NCBI GenBank assembly: GCA_028534125.1
Contig: CM052817.1
Location: 95,792,001-95,856,000 of the forward strand
Source: Lama glama
Lineage: Eukaryota
Length of the DNA: 64,000 bases
Reading direction: 5' to 3'
The notes under the pieces were generated by a model. The model was not told where the DNA came from, did no database searches, and saw only the letters and a program-made list of their open reading frames with translations. This document shows positions 63,551 through 64,000 of the stretch, in pieces. A program made the translations under genes and the position numbers. The first letter of the stretch is position 1; every line of letters begins with the position of its first letter.

Positions 63551-64000
63551 TAGTATTAAAGCAAAATATTGTACGGTATTGAGAATCTATGATAAAGAAT
63601 ATGGTTAAATAATAATAAAAAAAGAAACAGCTCTCTGTAGCAGTTGCCTTTTAAGTTTGAAGAAACTTATTTTCTGTTATTCGTTGTAGTTTAACCCTTA
63701 GGGAAGGGAGGGGATTATCATTCCAACGCCGTGGAATCTTTTTCTTTTAAAAAAATCTTTGCTATGAGAATATTTTGATTAGAAGTGAACGTTTCATTTT
63801 TCAGTCCATTTAATTAATTTTCAAACAGACTTGCATATCATGTCTTAGAAGTTTCTTGCTCATTCATGATGGGGGTTTAGATCTAAAGTAATACAGCAGG
63901 AAATAAACTGTAAAGTTGTATCTTCAGCTTTCTTTTGATAGGAAATGATTGTTATTAATTGTTCACAGTCCATTCTGATGCTTTGCAAGTTTGCAGCTCC

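Noticed and set aside
61732..64000. Search for LSM6 exon 3 (VLACLDGYMNIALEQ...)
   Set aside because: Not found in the window; it presumably lies downstream.
1..64000. CRISPR arrays, operons or other prokaryote-type systems
   Set aside because: No regularly spaced repeat-spacer array or gene-dense segment is present. The sequence is uniformly mammalian in character.

Overview
Mammalian genomic DNA, probably camelid (alpaca or camel). This is inferred from four short tRNA-Ala-derived SINEs resembling the camelid Vic-1 family and from cetartiodactyl-type L1 3' ends. About the first 54 kb is intergenic and dominated by transposon relics: MLT1/MLT2 LTRs, two ERVL/LTR16-type proviral relics with recognisable RT and integrase motifs, three ERV1-type solo LTRs, L1, L2, MIR, Charlie1, MER5A and MER53. 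It also contains a 500-N assembly gap. At about 54.3-55.1 kb a CpG-island promoter and a non-coding first exon begin LSM6 on the + strand. Its first coding exon (MSLRKQTPSDFLKQIIGRPVVVKLNSGVDYR) is at 61638-61731, and the later exons lie beyond the window. Almost all ORFs in the supplied track are spurious or repeat-derived. I see no convincing new multi-gene system. The most notable signals are a triple IRF/ISRE element in the LSM6 TSS/exon 1 region, tandem acceptors and a possible in-frame cassette exon for LSM6, a twin-primed inverted L1, a SINE with apparent 3' read-through sequence, an expanded MER53 foldback and an unexplained 59-bp dispersed repeat. Repeat family names come from recalled consensus sequences, not from a search. 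Boundaries without a stated TSD are approximate.
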